This document shows positions 55,913 through 64,000 of a stretch of DNA of 64,000 nt, piece by piece; position 1 is the first letter of the stretch, and each line of letters opens with the position of its first letter. The position numbers and the translations under genes are program-made. The notes beneath the pieces are model-generated. The model did no database searches and had not been told where the DNA came from. It was given only the letters and a program-made list of their open reading frames with translations. Source of the DNA: Octopus vulgaris (Eukaryota); contig OX597828.1 of the NCBI GenBank assembly GCA_951406725.2, forward strand, positions 37,076,001 through 37,140,000. The letters are read 5' to 3'.

Positions 55913-56230
55913 CCGACCCCTATCGATCCTCTCCTATCATGCTGACCACGAACACTTTTCACCAACTGCTATGTTGTTCTGGATGGTTCTTCCTCTACAA
56001 GGTCGTGATATACCTAATGTTTCATAGGATTTATTCAGAGGCTAATGAAATTCTAGGTATAGGATAATGTAGTCCTAGATAAAAACAATAAGAAGAAAAA
56101 CTGCATGAGAGAAAAGCGGGATGGTTATGTCTGAAATGTATTTGATCATTGATCTGCCTAGTCACGACTGAGCTGGACTTAAGCAACAACAAAATGCACA
56201 ACAGATAATGACTCAGATATCACAGAAAGA

Positions 56231-56822
56231 CGGCGAGCTGGCAGAAACGTTAGCACGTCGGGCGAAATGCTTAGCAGTATTTCGTCTGTCATTACGTTGT
56301 GAGTTCAAATTCCGCCGAGGTCGACTTTGCCTTTCATCCTTTCGGGGTCGATTAATTAAGTACCAGTTACGCACTGGGGTCGATGTAATCGACTTAATAC
56401 CTATGTCTGTCCATGTTTGTCCCATCTATGTTTAGCCCCTTGTGGATAATAAAGAAATAGGTATTTCGTCTGCCGCTACGTTTTGAGTTCAAATTCCGCC
56501 GAGGTCGACTTTGCGTTTCATCCTTTCGGGGTCGATTAAATAAGTACCATTATGCACTGGGGTCGATGTAATCGACTTAATCCGTTTGTCCTTGTTTGTC
56601 CCCTCTGTGTTTAGCCCCTTGTGGGTAGTAAAGAAATAGGTATTTCGTCTGCCGTTACGTCCTGATTTCAAATTCCGCCGAGGTCGACTTTGCCTTTCAT
56701 CCGTTCGAGGTCGGTTAATTAAGTACCAGTTACGCACTGGGGTCGTTGTAATCGACTTAATCCGTTTGTGTGTCCTTGTTTGTCCCCTCTATGTCTAGCT
56801 CCTTGTGGACAATAATGAAATA
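56231..56822 (+). mobile_element. SINE family A head-to-tail trimer
   Basis: One full head, then two further units that restart at ggtatttcgtctgccg (about 56460 and 56639). Confidence 0.9.
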
Positions 56823-57288
56823 AGGAAGTTGTATATATATATTCACACACTCACACGCACACACATATATGCGTGCGTGTTTGTGTGTAAGGGAGATATC
56901 ACGTGAATTAATATGATAGCTATAGTGACATCCTCATCATCATCATTATAATAATAATCATCAACATCATTATCCTCATAATCATCATCGTCATCATCGC
57001 CGTCATCATCATCATCATCATCATAATCATCATCATCATCATCATCATCATCGTCATCATCGTCGTCATCACCATCACAACCGCCATCAACATCAAGAAC
57101 AACAAGAACAACATCAGTAGTGAGAAGTGAAGTGATCTGTAATTATAGGAAATATACTCGCAACAACAGTAATAACAAGAATTGCATTAATAACAACAAC
57201 AACAATAAGAATAATGTTAAATGAACAAATGCATTTGGAATTACTACATATCTTGCAATATCACCTGTGTTTAATGCTGCTGCTGCTG

Positions 57289-57338
<50 letters not shown>

Positions 57339-57763
57339 GCAGCAGCACGTACGGAAAAACCTGGAGGGAAATATTGTGGTGATGTAAGTTAATTAGGAAA
57401 GCAGTAATAGTAGTTAGTATATTACAGAGCGAGCGATTCGATAGGTAGATGGATAGATAGATAGAGAGAGAGAGAGAAGGAGAGAAAGAAAGAAAGAGAG
57501 AGGGTGAGGGAAAGGGAGAGAGAAAATGTGTGTGAGGGAGAGAGGGTAAGAGAAAGAGTGAGAGAGTGAGAGAAAGAGAGAGTATGTGAGACAGAGAGGG
57601 TGAGAGAGATAGAGAGAGGGTGAGAATAAGAGTATGTGTGTGTTTGTGTGTGTGTGTGTGCGAGAGAGAGAGATAGAGAGAGAGAGGGAGAGCGAATATG
57701 AAATATGTCGGGGAGAAAACAAGAACGAGAATTAGATAGTAACAGAGTTAAAGGCAGAGCTAC

Positions 57764-57802
<39 letters not shown>

Positions 57803-58056
57803 ACAATAGATAGATAGAGATATATATCTAGGAAGATAAATAGAATGATAGATTGGGAGAGAGAGAGAGAGAGGGAGAGAGAGGACGAGATAGATAGAAC
57901 GAATGATGAGATAGAGGAAGAAAAAATGTTCAAGTCGAAAAACAGGAAAAAAAGGCACTAAGATGAAAAGAATTAATTAAATTTCAAGATCTTATCTTGA
58001 AGGTTCCAGATATAAATAGAAACAGCGGTATCTTATCAATATATGCATATATACGT

Positions 58057-58135
<79 letters not shown>

Positions 58136-58147
58136 AAAATCTCTCTT

Positions 58148-58244
<97 letters not shown>

Positions 58245-58606
58245 GCGTATATATATACATATAATATGTGTTGCGGGCGCGAGCGTGTTTTTGTGTGCGT
58301 GTGATTGTGATTGTGTGTATACATGAAATATTTACGTACAACACAGCATGTATTTCGAAGCGTTAGGTATATCTAACGTATTTAAATTACAGTTTTTAAA
58401 CTTTTCACTTTGGGTTCTGTAAACATGTCTAGTTATTCACTTCGTACACAGCAAAACAAGATAAATAAAGGAAATTACCCTAATATACGATACTACGCCT
58501 TGACCACACAACAGCGAAAAGTATCTTTTTATTCCTCTGCTCAGAAGAAAAATTATAGCAAGTCAATATTTAATCAGTTAAAATCCCTCGTTTCTGTCTG
58601 GCTGTG

Positions 58607-58649
<43 letters not shown>

Positions 58650-58687
58650 ATATATATACATATATACATACATACATAAATACATAA

Positions 58688-58753
<66 letters not shown>

Positions 58754-58758
<5 letters not shown>

Positions 58759-59134
58759 TAGTTATCGCCATACTAATATGGCATTCTTATAAAAATAAGA
58801 ATAAAGCTGTCCGCTTATTAGCTCCATGAGGCCATCGCCTTAAGTTAGCTATTTGATACACAAACTGTATCCATATAACCTTCGAACAAGGGAGGTCAGT
58901 CGCTCCACACTACTTGATCGACAGCTACAGACGCGTTTCGGGGTATTGCCCCTTGTCAATGTAGCGTAGTCAGACCAGTAGGTGTCGCTTCCGACTATCT
59001 CTGTTCGAAGGTTTTATTTACCTAGTTTCGGTGGAATACATCCACTTGTTTTCAATAATAGAAATATTAAAATTACTAAGTCTCTCTAAAAGAGAACACG
59101 GCAGCGTTCCTGGAAATTAATAGTTATCGCCATA

Positions 59135-59141
<7 letters not shown>
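58754..59141 (-). mobile_element. 362-bp terminally redundant retrozyme-like insert
   Basis: 26-bp direct repeat attaatagttatcgccatactaatat at 58754 and 59116, (TA)n on both sides, HHR in the middle. Confidence 0.8.
58924..58965 (-). ncRNA. Type I hammerhead ribozyme, U3-A8 variant
   Basis: Minus strand: gctaca-TTGACAA-gggg caata cccc-GAAAC GC GTC-tgtagc. All stems pair perfectly and stem III is palindromic (ACGCGT). Confidence 0.85.
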
Positions 59142-59190
<49 letters not shown>

Positions 59191-59283
59191 TATATAATAT
59201 TAGGGAATAAATTATCATTCCAACCTTACAGGTAAAATTCATTATAATAACATTAGACCGAATTTCGTAATATATAATGTATG

Positions 59284-59333
59284 TATAAAACTAATTTAGA
59301 GACGAATCACCATGGTGTTTCGTCTCTAAATTA

Positions 59334-59341
<8 letters not shown>
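59284..59341. repeat. 58-bp near-perfect palindrome
   Basis: tataaaactaatttagagacgaa-t-caccatggtg-t-ttcgtctctaaattagttttata, one T-T mismatch. Confidence 0.9.
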
Positions 59342-59369
<28 letters not shown>

Positions 59370-59846
59370 ATTAAAGATAATCGCCATATAAAAGTAACTG
59401 TTCTATGTTACTGCTAGTTTAACCCCTGGCAGATCATCCGCTAATTGGTTAACTGTGCAACACTGCACCCTGTACATGTATATTGTTAGTAGGGGAGCGA
59501 ACCTCTACCATCCTCCAGCAGACGACAGAATCGTGAGCTGACTCAGTTTCGAGTTAGTTTGCTCCTCTGCAGTCGCGAACACCTGATCGCCAGAGGGAGA
59601 GCCAGCTAGCAATATATTGTAAACAAGGCAACTATCGGTCTCTGATTTGCAGCAAGTAAAATAGCTAGTCGTAAAATCTCAAAACCAGCTGGCGGAAGAT
59701 CTACCTGGGGTTAAACTAGCAATAACAGGCAACATACACTTTAATGTGGCGATTAACTTGTTAGTATCGTTACTATTCTCATCTCTCCTTGAGATTTTAC
59801 AGCGAGTTATATTGCTTATGTAATATATATATATATACGTATATAC

Positions 59847-60232
59847 CAGGAGTGGCTGTGTGGTAAGAAGCTTTCTTCCCAATCATGTGTTTCTAGGTTC
59901 AGTTCCACTGCGTGGTACCTTGGGCAAGTGTCTTCTACTATAGCCTCGGGACGACCAAAGCCTTGTGAGTGGATTTGGTAGACAGAAACTAAAAGAAGCC
60001 CGTTGTGTGTGTGTATGTATATATATATATATATATATGTATATATAATTTTGTGTGTGTGCCTTTGTGTCTGTTTTTGTTCCCCCACCATCACTTGACA
60101 ACCGATGTTCGACAAAAGAGATCGATGGAGTAAATACTGGGATTACAATGAATAAATTCTGGGATCGATTTCTTCGACTAAAGGCGGTGCTCTAGCATGG
60201 TCGCAGTCAAATGACTGAAACATTGAAAAGAG
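59847..60232 (+). mobile_element. SINE family B with an internal deletion
   Basis: caggagtggctgtgtggtaag...accttgggcaagtgtctt (CORE-like) through to the tail. Confidence 0.88.
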
Positions 60233-60272
60233 TATATATATATATATATACATATACATATACATATATGCA

Positions 60273-60380
<108 letters not shown>

Positions 60381-60406
60381 AGTCTGTCTGTCTCTCAATC
60401 AGTCAA

Positions 60407-60456
<50 letters not shown>

Positions 60457-62338
60457 TAAATAGATTGATAGATAGATAGGTAGATAGATCAATAGATAGA
60501 CAGGGTTATACACTCATGCATATATATATGGTTATATAAAGATATATATATGTACACATTTTAATATGTGTTTTTTATGTTTGTACACACAGGCTTTTCT
60601 TCGAAATCTAGTTTCAAAGCCGCGTTCACCAAGGGTTTTATTATTTTAAAATTATAAATACAGCTTATAGTCGCCTACAATCGAACAAATCACACATGTT
60701 CTTTGAGCGACGCCCATATTTCTCTTTCAAAGCATTGAACGCGAAATTCACCAAAATCTCAGAAAAAGAAAAAAAAAAAAATAATAAAGCACAAGTAACT
60801 CTCTGTTCTCCGATGATCAAAAGGCGCTGATTTCAGTTGATTTCAGCGAAATTTATAATGAAATCCTTTTAGCTAAATGCCAGCTTTAATTATTTTACTT
60901 TTCGGAAAAGATCTCTATAACTCCCAGCGGTTAGTTAGTGTTGAGAAAGAAGTGTTTAAATTGAATCAGCCTTTGCGGCTTAATACTAGGAATCACGTTT
61001 CGATCTAACGTAGTTTAATGGCGTTGTTTGTAACAGCAGTAGTTTATGCTTTATCGCCTAACACAGTAGTTGCTGTTTAGCTCTGCTTAGTGCTGATTCG
61101 GAAGACCTATGATCAAAGGTGTTCCTGCCGTGGTAATTTCGTCTTGATTTTCAGAGTGTTAGGTTGGCATTATATAATGTGTGCGCATTTTAAGATAGTA
61201 GCATATAATTTGAGGGCGATTCAGTAGCTATTTCGATCAGAAAGATCTATGATCAAAAGCGTTCCAGCTATGACAATCTCGTCAGATATTGTCTAACCTG
61301 TCAGATATTGTCTAAGCTAGCTTAAAATGTTCGGATATAATTTGAGGGAAATTTTATTGTTATTTCGATACAGAAAAGCCTACGAACAAAAGGGCTGTTT
61401 ATGACCCCCAACCCAACCCCAACCAACTTACTTTTCAGACAAGGTGTCTCGGTCGGCGTTATACACAGTGTCGTTGTTTTAAGATATATATATATAATTT
61501 TTTTTTCGATTCGATTTATTATTATTATTACTAGTATTGTTGTTATACATACATACAAACTTACAAGCATATGTAATGATAATAATTAGTGGATGTAAAC
61601 ACATGAACAAAATAAGAATAAACAAAAACAACAAAAACAAAATACAAATTACATGAACATATATAAACAGAAGATACAAATATTACAGGCATCCCCCCAC
61701 ATACACACACTAAATAAACATAGACGCACATAGAGATATAAGCATGCGCAAATGAAGACATACAATAGAAGTACAAAATGGCTGACGGTTAGTAAGGAGA
61801 GACACAAATAAGAAAGAAGAAAACAAAGGACCACTGATGCGGTCACAGGAGTGTGACGAAAGAACTCTGGCCGAAATAAGATTAAGATTAATGCAAAAAA
61901 TAAATAACACTGAAGCAAAATAACACCAAATATATAGTGCGTGTGTTTTTATTGGCTAAACTGGCAATATGACCATTCCGAAATATAACAATATCTGTTT
62001 CAACACACGACTTCACATAAAAAATCTTGCACAACAAATATTTAAACGTATATATATATATATTTACATGCATACATTCATACACACATATATATATATA
62101 CACATACATAATACATACATACATACATGCATACATATATATTACAGAACCGCTCAAAACTAGACACTAATATCTAAGCACTATCTAAGCTTACTAACAT
62201 TAGCAATGAAAACAAACAACCAATATGATTGTAATTTCTACAACCAAGCATAGCAAATATGTATTCCCATCATCACTTGCTAAACGGATATCATTATTGT
62301 TTTGACAATCAATAGTAAGCAGCACAGCAAGATAAATG

Positions 62339-62424
<86 letters not shown>

Positions 62425-62579
62425 TAACATATTCTTATTTTTCTATATTTTTATCATCTATGTCTTAATATAAATATGTTGTTATTTGTATCGAATAATA
62501 TCTCATGTCATACTTCTGAATTATGAATTTTCTTGATTGAATGTTTAAGACAAGTATCTGAAAAATTTATCTTTTACTA

Positions 62580-62622
<43 letters not shown>

Positions 62623-62687
62623 GGTCCCGGGTTGAGTCGGGGTTAACCACAGTAAATAAGGTACTCAATACATAGCAGAGTAAATTA

Positions 62688-62813
62688 ATTTATTTTATAG
62701 AAGGAGCTTCTACAGGACTAGAACTGTTTCATTCAAAAGAAATCATCAGGAAGCTTCCTGATGATTTCTTTTGAATGAAACAGTTCTAGTCCTGTAGAAG
62801 CTCCTTTTATAAA

Positions 62814-62819
<6 letters not shown>
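62688..62819. repeat. 132-bp palindrome formed by two divergent HHR motifs
   Basis: Centre AAGCTT at 62751-62756; one G/T mismatch at 62700/62807. Confidence 0.92.
62752..62802 (+). ncRNA. Type I hammerhead ribozyme (mirrored on the minus strand at 62705-62755)
   Basis: agcttc-CTGATGA-t ttc tttt gaa t-GAAACAG ttctagtc CTGTA-gaagct. 6-bp stem I, 4-bp stem III, U-U at the base of stem II. Confidence 0.75.
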
Positions 62820-62850
<31 letters not shown>

Positions 62851-62854
<4 letters not shown>

Positions 62855-64000
62855 GGCTTCTCCAGAACGTTCGTACCGATTTTTAAAGGAAAAAAAGGTC
62901 AATAAATACCTGCCCATTCAACCAAATATGCACCATTTTGTTGCACAATGCGTCTCTATCTTTCCTTCAACTTGAAAATACCCTCTTCCCAGAATTGAGG
63001 TGGTTTTATGGCAAAGAATTCATCAAGGTATCTTTTTACATCATCCAAGTAATTGACATTTTTACTATTAAGACTATTCTGCAGAGACCTGAATAAGTGG
63101 AAATCCTAAGGAATAATATCTGGTGAATATGAAGGGTGTGGAAACACATCCCAGCCGAGCTGCGGCAATTTTTGTCTGATTCCCAAAGAAACGTGCGGTC
63201 TTGCATTATCATGATGGAAAACAACACCCTTTCTGTTGGCCAATTCTGGACGTTTCTCTTGAATTGCTGCTTTTAACTCATCCAGTTGTGTGCAGTATTT
63301 CTCAGAATTAATTGTCTGGTTACTTTGGAGAAGCTCATAGTACAGAATTATTTTCCAATCCCACCAGAAACAAAGCAAGACATTTTTAAGGTGAATACCC
63401 GCTTTTGGGGTGGGTAAGGATGGCTCATGTCGCTTACTCCAGGATCGCTTTCTCTGAAGATTTTCGTAGATAATCCATTTCTCTTCACCTGTCACAGTTT
63501 CCTTTAAAAAAGGCACGTTTTCATTCCGTTTTAAAGCGAATCACAGATGGAAATGCGATCCAAAAGATTCTTCTCACTCATGTGGTACCCAAATATCGTA
63601 GCGATTTGTGTACCCAATCTTTACTAGGTGCTCATGAACGACGGGTTTTTGATAGGTTGAGGCTTCCTGCCAATTCTCGGGTTGTGCAATGTGGGTTATT
63701 CTCAATTAATGACTTGATTTGGTCATCATCTGTTGTGGACGGTCTGCCTAGTCGCTCTTTATCAATAAGGCTACAATCTCCAGCTCGGAACCTTACGAAC
63801 TACTTCCGTACAGTTCTTTCGGATAAAGAAACATCACCATAAATTGCGCGTATTTCTTTCGTTGTTTGTGCGGCATTTTCCCCTTTACGGAAAAAGAAAA
63901 GCATCAAGTGCCGAAAATGAACTTTCTTATCTTCCATTTTAAAGTGTTACAGAATTAACAGAGGTTATAGGAACATAAACCTTCTTCCACGAAAAGATAG
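62851..64000 (-). mobile_element. mariner transposon with a disrupted transposase (about 62880-63937); the second TIR probably lies beyond the window
   Basis: MEDKKVHFRHLMLFFFRKG...; TGEEKW, WWDWK, HHDNARPH and HPSYSPD motifs; internal stop and frameshifts. Confidence 0.92.

Overview
Eukaryotic, AT-rich, gene-poor DNA made up mostly of repeats. The three tRNA-derived SINE families and the dense microsatellites suggest a cephalopod (Octopus-like) genome; this is inferred from recognising the repeats. I could not support any host protein-coding exon, and most ORFs in the track are translations of micro- or minisatellites. Supported content: one intact-looking tRNA-Arg(CCG); two mariner elements plus Tc1/mariner fragments and a MITE; fragments of R4/Dong-like, Tx1/L1-like and CRE-like non-LTR retrotransposons; a 5'-truncated Penelope-like element (PLE) with a GIY-YIG remnant; about 20 SINE copies; a 2.4-kb (GGTT)-type satellite; and an 11-kb array of a 59-bp minisatellite. 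The main result is a set of apparently unrelated 0.2-1.3 kb inserts that sit inside (TA)n runs and each carry a type I hammerhead ribozyme (HHR) fold. There are five well-formed loci (seven motif copies) and several degenerate ones. They occur as a 548-bp tandem dimer, a 362-bp terminally redundant monomer with a U3-A8 core covariation, inverted/fold-back forms, and one copy downstream of the PLE endonuclease. This looks like a diverse (TA)n-associated PLE/retrozyme system that may produce self-cleaving or circular RNAs. All folds were done by eye and none is tested.
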